A stretch of 64,000 bases of DNA, taken from the NCBI RefSeq assembly GCF_963921235.1, contig NC_086118.1, positions 21,516,001 through 21,580,000 of the forward strand, read 5' to 3'. Every line of letters begins with the position of its first letter. The stretch's first letter is position 1. The notes under the pieces are model-generated. The model worked only from the letters and a program-made list of their open reading frames with translations, was not told the origin of the DNA and ran no database searches. Both the position numbers and the translations under genes were made by a program. Shown piece after piece: positions 13,179 through 25,742 of this stretch. Source of the stretch: Mobula hypostoma. Lineage: Eukaryota.

Positions 13179-14267
13179 TGTCTGGATTCGGAACTGGCTT
13201 ACCCACAAAAGACAGAGGATAGTGATTGAAGGGACTTACTCTAGCTGGAGGTCTGTGATTGGTGATGTTCCTCAGGGATCTGTGCTGGGACCTCTGAAGG
13301 TTGTAACGTATATAAATAACCTAAATGAAAACGTGGATGGGTGGATCTGTAAGTTTACAAATGATATGAACATTGGTAGTGGTGTGGATAGTATAGAAGA
13401 CTGTCAAAGAATATAACAGGATCAGTAGCAGATATGGGTAGAGAAATGGTAGATAGTTTAGCCTGGCCAAGTATGAAGTGTTGCCCCTTGGTAGGTCAAA
13501 TATAAAGAGACAGTACCCTGTTAAGAATAAGACTCTGAACAGTGTTGATGAGCAGAGGGATCTTGGTGTCAAAGTTCATAGTCCCCTGAATATAGTCACA
13601 CACATTGATAGGGTGGTTAAGAAGGTATATGGCATGCCTGCCATTATTAGTTGAGGCATTGAGTTCAAAAGTCAGGAAGTTATGTGGCAATTTTATTAAC
13701 TCCATTTAGGCCGCATCTGGGGTATTGCATATAGTTTTGGTTGCCCCATTACAGGAAGGAGTTCGAAGCTTTGGAGAGGATGTGGAAGATGTTTACCAGG
13801 GAGCTGCCTGGATTAGAGGGCATGTGCCATAATGAGAGATAGGACAATCCTGGGGAAAGATCTGATAGAGATTTATAAGATTATGAGAGGCGTAGACAAT
13901 ATCCTTTTTGCAGGTTTGAAATATCTGATACCAAAGCACATGCATTTAAGGTGAGAGGAGGTAACTTCAAGGGAGGTGTGAGTGAGTTTTTTCACAGAGT
14001 GGTGGGTTCCTGGAATGCGATGCCTTAGGTGGATGGTAGAGGCAGATACATTAGAGACTTTTAAGGGATGTTTAGATAGGCACATGAATGTGAGGAAAAT
14101 GGACAGATATGGACATTATGTAGGCAGAAATGATTAGTTAGTTGGCCACTTGATTACTAATTTGATGGCCCTGCACAACATAATGGGCCAAGGGGTCTGT
14201 TCCTGTGCTGGACTATTTTATATTCTATGTTCCATCTTTAGCTTAATATTAAATATATTTTTAAAAA

Positions 14268-14315
14268 CTTCCATACAATAAATCTTCCATACAATAAAAC
14301 TTCCATACAATAAAT
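14268..14315. repeat. Tandem repeat, 3 x 16 bp (CTTCCATACAATAAAW)
   Basis: Read directly. Confidence 0.9.
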
Positions 14316-14724
14316 CAAAACCTTGGTGTTAAAGCAGGTAAAGACCCACAGTTGGCACAATGAGATGATATTCAGCCATGAAAGCTCCTGAAATGGGGCC
14401 TTTGGATTGTGGTTTAGATACACAACGTTTCTGTCGAATAATACTCATTTTCAGAGACGTGGGTTTGTTTAGACTCACTTGAGTCATGGCCTTTCTGTGT
14501 ATGGAATCATCTCAATTTAAAGAGCATAATTTCTGCTGAAGTTTTGCACTGTGTATAAGGAGCTTTGAATTAATATCCTGCTTATTAAGCAGAAATAGTG
14601 AATTAAGTAAATATTTTGACTTTCCTCTGAAAGTTCGTTTGACTACTATACCAGGAGAAGATTTATTAGTGAGACATTGTTGGTCATTTATTCAGTAGTG
14701 GCTGGCTATAAGTTTTTTCAAAAT

Positions 14725-14900
14725 TTAGAGATATAGTGCGGAATAGCCCCCCTCCTACCCCCCACACCCGCTGGTCCTTTGGGCTGCTGACATTAACCTA
14801 CTAACCAGTATGTCTTCGGGTGAGGCAGGAAAATGGAACACCCAGAGGAAACCCGTGCATTCTATGGTGAGGATGTACAGAGGAGGTCAGGATTGAGCGC
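14725..14900 (-). mobile_element. Degenerate HE1/V-SINE-like fragment
   Basis: Motif GGAAAATGGAACACCCAGAGGAAACCCGTGCA resembles the antisense V-SINE core. Confidence 0.55.
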
Positions 14901-15273
14901 CCCGAGTTTTTAAAATCAGAACAAGTCTATTCTGAGACAAACGAGGAACACTAGATATCTGAAACTGCTGAATTCACTGCAGTTAGGTCCTCAGGGTTAG
15001 GACATATCCAGTGCAAGTGCTGTTCCTCAAGTTTCTGCTGGCTTCAGTGTAAAGTGCTAAAGACAGAGAAGTTAGAGGGACACTGAAGAGCAGAATAGAA
15101 GTTGCAGGCATCCAGAACCAGGATTACCCTTGCAAACTGAAGGAAGGGTGCCACAAATCAATAACCCAACATGCATTTAATTCTTTAAAAATGTTAATAA
15201 GGTGACATTGCGAGCACTAGATGCAGGCATTAACCTAGAAGTGGAATAAATACGTTGCTGCTTCATCTTAGAG

Positions 15274-15357
15274 CAGAGGCTCCCAATCTGGGGTCCACGG
15301 ACCTCTCAGTTAATGATAGGGGTCCATGCATTAAAAAGAAATGGTTGGGAACCCCTG
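15274..15357. mobile_element. Short hAT (Charlie-like) MITE
   Basis: CAGAGGCTCCCAA...TTGGGAACCCCTG inverted termini; 8-bp TSD TCTTAGAG / CCTTAGAG; a second copy at 16595-16674 lies inside an inverted duplication. Confidence 0.8.
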
Positions 15358-15624
15358 CCTTAGAGGAATATTTAGATCCCTGGATGGCTGAGAGTGAAGC
15401 CTTAAGAAAGAGGGTTTTATGTCTTCTCTGGTTGCTTTTCCCACTGTCCAGTCTCCAAGATTAACACTCTAAGGGTGGGTTTAAAGTTTCTGACCCTTCC
15501 TTAGTTCTCTACTTCAGTGATGCAACGTGACAGGAGGTGAGTAGGGAGTATCTTTAAACAGTTGACCAGATTGAGTTGAAGACTTTAAGAAAACAAACAA
15601 GAAAGAAAGCCACACTAATAAAGC

Positions 15625-16120
15625 ATCTTTTATGTCCCTTTTGGATATCTTAAACACTTTACAGCTAACAACACACAACAAATGCTGGAGGAACGCAGCA
15701 GGCCAGGCAACATCTATGGAAAAAAGCATCGTCGAAATTTCAGGCCGCATAGATCATTTTCCATAGATGCTGCCTGGCCTGCTGAGTTCCTCCAGCATTC
15801 TGTATGTGTTGCTCAGATTTCCAACAACTGCAGATTTTCTCTTGTTTTTGATTTGATTACAACTAACAACATCTTTTTGAAGCATTGACACTGTTGGAAA
15901 GTAAACTACACAACAGTCAGTCTTTTCTTAGCAATTCCAAAAAGCAACAGAGGACTTGATTTTAGTTATGTTAAGTCAGGGATAAACATTGACGTGGACA
16001 GTAGGAGTAGCTTACCACTCTATCTCAAATTAACACCATGGGGCTTTTTTTTAGCATTATATGGTGATTTAATGTATCATTCAAATGATGGCACTTCGGA
16101 AGTGGCAGTATTGATTTGTG
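15625..16120 (-). mobile_element. Degenerate Deu-domain SINE (SacSINE1/AmnSINE-like), interrupted by a PLE mini-element
   Basis: Antisense resemblance to the Deu core (GGGATAAACATTG.., CCATGGG.CTTTT, GATGGCACTTC) and to the copy at 50260-50610. Confidence 0.55.
15674..15856. mobile_element. Mini fold-back element derived from a Penelope terminus
   Basis: Inverted arms ATGCTGGAGGAACGCAGCAGGCCAGGCA.CATCTATGGAAAA / TTTTCCATAGATGCTGCCTGGCCTGCTGAGTTCCTCCAGCAT; 15-bp TSD TTACARCTAACAACA at 15659-15673 and 15857-15871. Confidence 0.8.
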
Positions 16121-16332
16121 TGTTAAGCTAGTGCAGCTTCATTGTTTGAAAGGCATTGTTGACTTTAAGTTTTGCTATTTTTTTCTATATTGCTAGATTT
16201 TTAAAATTAAACAAATTAATTTTGAGTGGTTTTGACTGCTCTTCGTCATTGGGGACATTTCCAGACAGTGAAACAGGCCTTTGATTCCATGAGTGCTGTG
16301 TTAGGGGCTGAAACCTTGGGGATCCACCGAAG

Positions 16333-17212
16333 AACACAAGAGCAATAGAACTAGGAACAGGAGTGGGCCACCTGGTCCTTTGAACCTGCTTAGCCATTCA
16401 GTAAGTTTATGGCTCATCTGGCCAACTTTGCTAAGGAAGGTCAGAAACTTTAAACCCATTTTGGGCGTAAAGACCACCCTTAGAATGTTAATCTTGGAGA
16501 CTGGACAGGGGGAAAAGCAACCAGAGGAGATGTGAAACCCGCTTTCTTAAGGCTTCGCTCCCAACAATCTAGGGATCCAAATATTCCTCTAACACAGAGG
16601 TTCCTAACCTTTCTTATGCTGTGAACTCCTATCATTAATCGAGGGGTTCATGGACACCAGATTGGGAAACTCTGCTCTAAGATGAAGCAGCAACATATTT
16701 ATTTCACTTCCAATTTAATGTATTAATACTCACAATGTCATCGCATTTACATTTAAAAAATATCAAATGCACATTAAATCTACTTCCCACTTGCCATTTA
16801 CCCATAACATATAATTCTCCTGCTGTGCAAAGATCTATCTAACAGTATCTGAAATATATTTGATGAGGTAGCCTCTACATGGGTAGAGAATTCCACAGAT
16901 ACACTACTCCATGGGAAAAGCAGTTTCTTCTCATCTCCATCTTAAATATACTCAGTGACAGGTGAGGCTATGTCCTCTAGTTTGTTATCTTACCTAGAAC
17001 CAGTGGAAACAATTTTCCTGCCTCTATCTTATGTAACCCTTTCATAATTTAATATGTTTCCATAAGATCTTCTCACATTGAATTCCAGTGAGTATACTCT
17101 AATCCAGGAATCTCAATCTCCCCTCATAGGCTAACCGGCTCATTTCTGGAATCAACTTGGTGAACCTCCACTCCAAAGCCAGTATTTCTTTTCTCAAGTA
17201 AGACCAGACCTG
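16333..17212 (-). mobile_element. Degenerate CR1 3' fragment interrupted by an inverted local duplication
   Basis: CR1 3'UTR at 16333-16430 continues at about 16773 into the antisense ORF2 C-terminus. Confidence 0.7.
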
Positions 17213-17214
17213 TG

Positions 17215-18620
17215 AGCTGCCTTAATAATTATTGCCTGGTAGCGCTCACATTGACAGTGATGAAATGCTTTGAGAGGTTGGTCATGACTAGGCTGAACTC
17301 TTGCCTCATCAAGGAACTGGACCTATAGCAATTTGCCTATCACCACAGTAGGTCAACGGCAGACGCAATCTCAATGGCTCTTCACACAACTTTAGACCAC
17401 CTGGACAACACAGGCATCTATGTCAGGATACTGTTCATTGACTATAGCTCAGCATTTAATACCATCATTCCCACAATCCTGACTGAGAAGTTGCACAACC
17501 TGGGCCTCTGTACCTCCCTCTGTAATTGGATCCTCAACTTCCTAACCAGAAGACCACAATCTGTGCGGATTGGTGACAACATATCCTCTTCGATGATGAT
17601 CAACACTGGAGCACCTCAGGGGTGTGTGCTTAGCCCACTGCTCTACTCTCTATATATACATGACTGTGTGACTAGGCATAGCTGAAATACCATCTACAAA
17701 TTTGCTAAAGATATAACCATTGGTGGTAGAATCTCAGGTGGTGACGAGAGGGCATACAGGAGTGAGATATGTCAACTAGTGGAGTGGTGCCACAGCAACA
17801 ACCTGGCACTCAACGTCAGTAAGACAAAAGAGCTGATTGTGGACTTCAGGAAGGGTAAGATGAAGGAACACATACCAATCCTCATAGAGGGATCAGAAGT
17901 GGAAAGAGTGAGCAGTTTCAAGTTCCTGGGTGTCAAGATCTCTGAGGATATAACCTGGTCCCAACATATCAATGCAGTTATAAAGAAGGCAAGACAGCAG
18001 CTATACTTCATTAGGAGTTTGAAGAGATTTGGCATGTCAACAAATACACACAAAAACTTCTATAGATGTACTGTGGAGAGCATTATGACAGGCTGCATCA
18101 CTGTCTGGTATGGGGTGGGGGGGGGTGCTGCTGCACGGGACTGAAAGAAGCTGCAGAGGGTCGTAGATTTAGTCAGCTCCATCTTGGGTACTAGCCTACA
18201 AAGTACTCAGGACATCTTCAGGGAGCGGAAAGACAGCGTCCATTATTAAGGACCTCCAGCACCCAGGGCATGCCCTTTCCTCACTGTTACCATCAGGTAG
18301 GAGGTACAGAAACCTGATGGCAAACACTCAGTGATTCAAGAACAGCCTCTTCCCTTCTGCCATCTGATTCCTAAATGGACATTGAACCCTTGGACATTAC
18401 CTCACTTTTTAATATACAGCATTTCTGTATTTTTTGCACATTTTTAAAATCTATTCAATATATGTATATTGTAATTGATTTATTTATTTATTTATTTATT
18501 CTTATTATTATTTTAGCATTTATCATTATTTTTTCTATATTATGAATTACATTGAACTGCTGCTGCTAAGTTAACAAATTTCACATCACATTCTGGTGAT
18601 AATAAATCTGATTCTGAACT
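17215..18620 (+). mobile_element. Rex1/Babar-type LINE, RT plus 3' end, decayed
   Basis: Peptides [59 protein letters not shown]; tail AATAAATCTGATTCTGA. Confidence 0.9.
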
Positions 18621-19216
18621 GCATTCGACATTTCAGTGTGTCGTCACCAGAACCCTGTAAAGATGCAGCATATCTTGCCTGCTTGAATTTTAACTCTAGT
18701 AATGAAAGTCAACATACCCTTTGCCATCTAGATAACCTGTTGCATCTGCAAACCAACCTTGCAATTCATGCACAGGTACTCCCAAGTCCCTTTGCTAACA
18801 GCACACTGAAATCCTGAAATCTTCCGCTATTTAAATAATAATCTGATGTTCTATTTTTCTTTCCAAAGTGGATGGCCATGCATCTACCAACATTGTACTC
18901 CACTTGCCACTTGTCTATCACTGTCTGGTGTGGGGGGGCTGTTGCACAGGCATAGAAAAAGCTGCAGGAAGTTGTAAACACTGCCAGCTCCATCGTGGGC
19001 AGTAGCCATCCTAGCATCAAGGACATCTTCAAAAGGCCATGCCTCAGAAAAGGACAGGCCCTCTTCTCATTGCTACAATCAAGGAGGAGGTAGAGGAGCC
19101 TGAGGGCACACACTCAACATTTTAGGAACAGCTTCTTCTTCTTTGCCATCAGATTCTGAATTGACAATTAATGTACGTATACTACCTCACTATATATTTT
19201 TTGTCTCTTTTTTACT

Positions 19217-19585
19217 CATCATTATGTGCCATTTTGTATGACGTGGGTGATCATGTTGTCCATGACCATGATTTTCTTGGTAATTTTTTTTCCAGAAATG
19301 GTTTGCCTTCTTCTGGACAGCGTCTTTACAAGATGGGTGACCCCAGCCATTATCAATACTCTTCAGAAATTGTCTGCCTGGCTTCAATAACCGGGACTTG
19401 TGATATGCACCAGCTGCTCTTATGGCCATTCACCACCTGCTCCCATAGTTTCACATGACCCTGATCAGGGCTGAGGCGGGGTTGGTAAACAGGTACCACA
19501 CCTTGCCCAAGGGTGATCTGCAGGCTAGTGGAGGGAAGAAGCACCTTATACTACTTTTGGCAGAGATGTATCTCCATTACGCCAT
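19217..19585 (-). mobile_element. Short retroelement with an RTE-like 3' end, inserted in a Rex tail
   Basis: Minus strand reads GGCAAACCATTTCTGG...CCAAGAAAATCATG and ends in ATGATGA, resembling RTE-type SINE tails. Confidence 0.5.
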
Positions 19586-19889
19586 CTACTACTTTGCACT
19601 ACTTATTAATTAAATTTAACTTATATTCAAAGATTCAAAGCACACTTGTTATCAAAGAATATATAAATTATACAACTTTGAGATTTGCCTGCTCATAGGT
19701 AGCCACAAAGCAATAAACGCAAAAGAACCCAATTAAAGAAAAAAATAAAAACAAAAGACCAAGAAAAAGAAAAAAGTACACAAATCATGCAAACAATTGA
19801 AGCGAGCAAAATCATTCTGAACCAAATTTAGTCCTCAGATCCAAACCCTGGAGCAGCCTGGAGTGGGCGCAAAGCCTCACTTATCAGCT

Positions 19890-20394
19890 CATTTGGAGCA
19901 TGCAGGCCTCTCCTTCACATCTTCTACAAGTCTGTTGGTCCCAGTACAATCTTCTATGCAGTGGTGTGCTGGGGTAGTGGCATCAAAACAGGTGATGCCA
20001 ACAGGATCAATAAACCGATCAGAAAGGCTGGCTCTGTTATAGGAGTCAAATTGGAGGTTGTGGTAGAACAAGGACCCTATGGAAAGTCCTGGTTATTCTG
20101 GACAATGTTTCTCACCCTCTACATGCCACCTTGGCTGAACAGGTGTGCACTTTTAGTATTAGACTAAGATAACTGCACTGCTCCAAAGAGCACTGAGAGG
20201 TCTTTCTTATCCTTGGCCATTCGGCTCCGTGAGTCTATCTATGCCAGGAGTGATGACTCCCTTCTGTTGGACTGTTTGAGGTAACTTATTTTTTATTCTT
20301 TCTCACTTCTCTTATAATATTTGTATACCTGTGCACTTGTAATGCTACTGTGACACTGTCATTTCTTATGGGATCAATAAAGTATCTATCTATC
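19890..20394 (+). mobile_element. Rex1/Babar-type LINE 3' fragment
   Basis: Peptide AVVCWGSGIKTGDANRINK.IRKAGSVIG; ends GGGATCAATAAAG(TATC)n. Confidence 0.8.
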
Positions 20395-22646
20395 AATCAT
20401 AGTAGTGGGCACGGAGCGCAGCAGCTGGGGCAGTCTTCATAGCCTCAGAGCCATGGAGAGAGGAGTGACCATCACGGAGAACAAGTGAAATCGCATCTCC
20501 CCTCGGATCCCGACATCCTGTCTTGTCAGTCTATCTGCGACAAAACAACGGAACAGCGAAAGGCTCCGACACCCCGGAGAGAGGAATGAACATCGCGGAC
20601 AGTAAATTAAATCGGATCTCAACTCCGATCTGGGCCAACGTTTAAGTTGTCTAACAATGGATCATAGTTTGCACTATGACCTGGCTAATGAGTAGGACTC
20701 TATTGTAAATTATAGTTGTTTATTAATATGTATTGTAATGTACTGCCACCACAAAGCAACATATTTCATGACATAAGCCAGTAATATTGAGCCTAGTTCT
20801 GATTCTGATTGTGATGTATCACTCTGCAGACTCTGCATCCTCTGCACAATTCGTTTTTCTACTCAATTTAGTGCTGATGACAAACTTAGATATGGTACAC
20901 TTGGTTCCTTCTTCCAAATGGTTGACGTATATCACCAGGAGCCACCTGGTGGTCTGGTTTCCACTTGGAACCCAATCTGCTTAAGGGATAGTTGTGGGAC
21001 CAAGGCATTAAAGTTGTTGGTACCTGCAGAAGATTAGATTGAGTGCACGCTGGTGTGAGGTGGAATGAACATATACACTGGTGTGAGATTCACTCACAAA
21101 AGTCAACGATGTGGGACTTTAACCCAAAGCTGAAATTTCTGTCAACTGAGCCACAGCTGAGTCCTTGGGACAGCTTGGGTTGATAATGTTTAACTTACTG
21201 ACTGAGCATAAAGCCATTGCTTTTGAGTCAGATGTGACAGAAGTGAAACTCACATGATTTCTCTCGGAATATCTGACGTCAAAAACCTGTTTTACTCATT
21301 TGTTTATTGAAAATTTGCTTTTTGGGATTGACATAAAATTAAGATCAAATCAAGTGGACAGCAAAGCTTAGATATAATTGAATATTTAAATATGTCTTCT
21401 AGCTCGTAATCAAGTAGTCTATAACTGCATCAGCAAGTGCTAATACTTCTAACAATGCTTCCTTGGCCATTCTGTTACCTTACTACATGTCATTAACAAA
21501 CATCTATTAAATGATGTCTTTTTAACATTTCATACATTGCTATTGGGCTGATTTTATTTAATCCATTCTTCTAATTCAGGAACATAGTAACAAAAGAGAT
21601 TCTAGAGTGATCCATATCTTATCATCCAAGGTAAACTTACCTTCACAGGTTAGTTAATGAATGTTGTCCTTGAACTTTTAGAGAATGTTTTAATACTAAC
21701 ACAGATAGCACCAATGCATATGTGTGGATTTATTAGAAACATTGGATAAAGGTAATGGTTTGCTCAAAGTGAAATTTCTCTATTTAAATATTTTTATCAT
21801 TATTCAGCAAAAAAACTATCCAGTGTGTTTCCTATCAGTTGTAAAAAGCGACTTGTCTTTAGGATATAAAATTTGCATTATGGAGTGATTGTCTATTACA
21901 GAAATCGCCTGATTTTTCTTTTTCTTGATTTAGCTTGCAACAACAGCTATAAGCTATGCTGATAATTCAAAGTTCAAAGTAAATTTATTATCAAAGCACA
22001 CATATTCCACCATATACAATTCTGAGATTACTTTTTTTTTGTGGGCAATCACAGTAAGTACAAGAGACACAATAGAGTCAATGAAAGACCACACCCAAAA
22101 GGGCGGATAACAAAAAAAACCTCTAACAAACTGTGCAGATACAAAAAAGAGAAATAATAATAATAATAAATAAGCAAAAATATCGAGAACATGAGGTGAA
22201 GAATCCTTGAAACTGAGTCCACTTAAGTGGGAAGAGTACAAAGATGTGGAGAGTGAAGTTGAGTGAAGATCTCCCCTTCGTTTCAGAAGTCTGATGGGTG
22301 AGGGGTAATAACTGTTCCTGAACCTGGCAGTGAAGGTCCGGAGGCTCCTGTACCTTCTTCCTGATGGCAGAAGAGAGCATAGCCAGGATTGTGGGGGTCC
22401 TTGATGATGGATGCTGCTTTCCTGCAACAGCGCTTCATGTAGATGTACTCAATGGTGGAAAGGGCTTTATCCGTGCTGGACTGGACCGTATCCAATACAT
22501 TTTGTAGGCTTTTCTGTTCAAGGGCATTTGAGATTCCTTTCCAGGTTGTGATGCACAAGTCAATATTCTCTCTACCACACATCTACAGAAATACTCACAA
22601 CACGCTGGAGGAACTCAGCAGGTTGGGCAGCATCCGTGGAAAAGAT

Positions 22647-22684
22647 CGGTCGACGTTTCAGGCCGGAACCCTTCGTCAGGACTG
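22647..22684 (-). ncRNA. Minimal hammerhead ribozyme (PLE type)
   Basis: Minus strand reads CAGTC-CTGACGA-AGGGTTCCGGCCT-GAAAC-GTC-GACCG; catalytic core intact. Confidence 0.8.
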
Positions 22685-23753
22685 AAGAGGAAAGTGGCAG
22701 AGGCCCTATAAAGAAGGTGGGGGGAGGGTGGGAAGGAGAAGGCTGGTAGGTTCCAGGTGAAAAACCAGTAAGGGGAAAGATAAAGTGGTGGGGGAGGGGA
22801 AGCAGGGAGGTGATAGGCAGGAGAACAATGCGAAGTCGTAGAAGGAGGCAGAACTATGAGGGAGGTGATGTGAAATAGGGATAGAGGAAGGGAGGGGGAG
22901 GGAATTACTGAAAGTTGGAGAATTCTATGTTCATACCAAGGGGCTGGAGACTACCTAGACGGTATATGAGGTGTTGCTTCTCCAACCTGAGTTTAGCCTC
23001 ATCATGGCAGTAGAGGAGGCCAGGTATGGACATATCTGAATGGGAATGGGAAGCAGAGTTGAAGTGGGTGGCTACCGGGAGATCCTGTCTGTTGTGGCAG
23101 ACGGAGCGGAGGTGCTCGACGAAGCGGTCCCCCAATCTGCATCGGGTTTCACCGATGTAGAGGAGGCCGCACCGGGTGACCCCAACAGACTCACAAGTGA
23201 AGTGTTGCCTCACTTGGAAGGACTGTTTGGGGCCCTGAATGGTGGGAAGAGAGAAGGTGTAGTGACTGGTGTAGCACTTGCGCTTACAGGGATAAGTGCC
23301 GGGTGGGAGATCCGTGGGGAGGGTCATGTGGACTAGGGAGTCCAGCCCCTTGGTATGAGATATGTCCATACATGGCCTCCTTTACTGCCAAGATGAGGCT
23401 AAACTCAGATTGGAGGAGCAACACCTCATATACCGTCTAGGTAGTCTCCAGCCCCTTGGTATGAACACAGAATTCTCCAACTTCCGGTAATTCCCTCCTC
23501 CCCCCTTCCTCTATCCCTATGTCACTCTGCCCCCTCCCCCAGCTGCCTATCACCTCCCTCATGGTTCCACCTCCTTCTACTACCCATTGTGTTTTCCCCT
23601 ATTCCTTCTTCACCTTTCCTGCCTATCACCCCCTGCCTTCCCTCCCCCACCCCTTTATCTTTCCCCTTAATGGTTTTTCACCTGGAACCTACCAGTCTTC
23701 TCCTTCCCACCCTCCCCCCACCTTCTTTATAGGGTCCCTGCCCCTTCCCTCTA

Positions 23754-23791
23754 CAGTCCTGACGAAGGGTTCCAGCCCGAAACGTCGACCG
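23754..23791 (+). ncRNA. Minimal hammerhead ribozyme (PLE type)
   Basis: CAGTC-CTGACGA-AGGGTTCCAGCCC-GAAAC-GTC-GACCG; predicted cleavage after 23786. Confidence 0.8.
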
Positions 23792-25109
23792 ATCTTTTCC
23801 ATGGATGCTGCCCGACCTGCTGAGTTCCTCCAGCGTGTTGTGAGTGTTGCTTTGACCCCAGCATCTGCAGATTATTTTGTGTTTACACACCTACAGAAGT
23901 TTGTCAAAATTTTAGATGGCACGCCGATTCTTCACAAACTTCTAAGAAAGTAGAGGCGCTGCTGTATTTTCTTCATAACGACACAGGATGGATCCTCTGA
24001 AATGACAACACCGAGGAATTTAAAGTTGCTGACCCTCTCCACCTCTAATCCCCTGATGAGGACTGGCTCATGAATGTCTGGTTTCCTCCTCCTGAGGTCA
24101 ATAATCATCTCATGGTCTTGCTGCGTGAGAGCCCTTTGTGGCTCCACTCAGTCAGATTTCCAGTCTCCCTCCAGAATCCTGATTAGTCACCACCTTTGAT
24201 TTGGCCAACAACAGTGGTGCTGTCATCAAATTTAAATATTGCATTAGGGTTTGCTTATCCTCACTGTCATAAGTATAAGGTGCGTAGGGCAGGGGTCCAA
24301 GCATACAGACTTATGGTGCACCGGTGCTGAAGAAGATAGTGGAGTGACGTTGTTGCCAATCAGAACTGACTGGGGTTTGTATGTGAGGAAATCAAGGATC
24401 CAGTTGCATAAAGAGGTAGTAAGTCTTAGGTCTTGAACCGTATTGATTAGTTTTGAGGGGATGATAGTATTGAATGCTGAGGTGTAGTCAATGAAGAGCA
24501 TCCTGATGTATACATCATCGCTGTCTAGATGTTCCAAGATTGAGTGAAAAGCCAATGAGATGGTAAGCAAATTGGAGCAGATCCAAGTCACTTCTCAGAC
24601 AGGAGTTGATATGTTTCATCACAATCCCGTCAAAGCAATTCATCATGCTGGATGTAAGTCCTACTGGATGATAGTCATCGAGGCAGGTTACCACATTCTT
24701 CTTAGATACCGGTATAATTGAAGCTTGCTTGAGGTAGGTAGGCACCTCAGACTGCTGAAGTGAGTCATTAAAGATATCAGTGAACACTCGAGCCAGATGA
24801 TCAGCACAGGTTTTTAGAACTCAGCCAGGTAGCCAGACTGGGCCAGATGCTTTCTGTGGGCCCAATGCTTGCCTCAAAGACTGAAAATACAGGGGCATCG
24901 GGGGCTCTGGGAGATTGTGATGGTTCCTCCTTGTTTTGATGTAGCTAATGTACCTACATTTATGAAAGGAATTTGACAACGTCTGTTGTAAGTTGATACA
25001 GTTTTAGACACATTGCTGATGTTACAGTTATTGTGAATCCTTTCCCCTCATTACAAATCAGTTTTGCACAGACCTCCATATGGGAGGAAAGATGATTGCG
25101 TGAATTTCC

Positions 25110-25742
25110 TTGGAGTATCTGTCAAGTAGGGTGCCGTGCACAGTCCTGATTTGATGGAGACAGATGTGAGAGAACGGAGGAACATCTGGAGAAACTTCTG
25201 AAATCCCTTTCTCGCTGCCGCTGTTACTGTGTGATCCAGAATCTCCGGAGGGGAAGGCCCTGAGTCCTCAGCTTTGCTTGTTGCTCGGTGGCCGGGACAG
25301 GGTCGAAACACTCGGCAAGATGGTGCTCGGTACTCGGTGTCGAAAGGCTGGTCGGAGGCTCGAAGTTTTCGGACGGACTCAGAGTCGGCTGTGGTCGGGT
25401 GCTTCCAATGCATCAACAGTTGTCGGTGCCTGGAGGTTTATGGCGGAGAGAGTTTCTCCCTTCTGCCGCCTGCTATTGGGGACTACAGGGAGTCGATTGG
25501 AACTTTGAGACTTTTTTTTACCGTTCCCATGGTCTGCTCTTTATCAAATTATGGTATTGCTTTGCACTGCTGTAACTATATGTTATAATTATGTGGTCTT
25601 GTCAGTGTTAGTCTTTGGTTTGTCCTGTTTTTTTTTGTGATATCACTCAGGAGGAACATTGTATCATTTCTTAATGCATGCATGCATTTCTAAATGACAA
25701 TAAACGAGGACTGAGTGTCCTCATAATCTAAAAAAAATCTAA
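25110..25742 (+). mobile_element. Non-coding CpG-rich retroelement with a Rex-type 3' tail (putative SINE)
   Basis: CpG-rich body; ends AATGACAATAAA, hairpin GAGGAC..GTCCTC, then AATCT repeats like the Rex tail at 1866-1900; 5' boundary uncertain. Confidence 0.5.

Larger units (their letters stand above)
8670..14232 (+). mobile_element. Old near-full-length CR1 LINE (5'UTR, ORF1 zinc finger plus SGNH esterase, ORF2 APE-RT), decayed, with three nested insertions
   Basis: ORF1 remnants ECSSCKMWE..YICGK, VCCLPGARVQD and VVVHFGTKDIGR; APE remnants FNMRSI, IVAITETWL and MGDLNFPNINW; RT remnant VPQGSVLGP; 3' tail TATTCTATGTT at about 14230; many stops and frameshifts. Confidence 0.9.
22591..23884. 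mobile_element. Penelope-like fold-back insertion made of two inverted 3' arms
   Basis: Left arm (minus) encodes the GIY-YIG region (CGLLYIGETRCRLGDRFVEHL); right arm (plus, about 23360-23884) is its reverse complement; 14-bp TSD ACACA(T/C)CTACAGAA at 22577-22590 and 23885-23898. Confidence 0.9.
21965..24880 (-). mobile_element. Rex1/Babar-type LINE, decayed, hosting a PLE fold-back insertion
   Basis: Peptides [55 protein letters not shown]; (TTGAAC) tail at about 21965. Confidence 0.9.
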
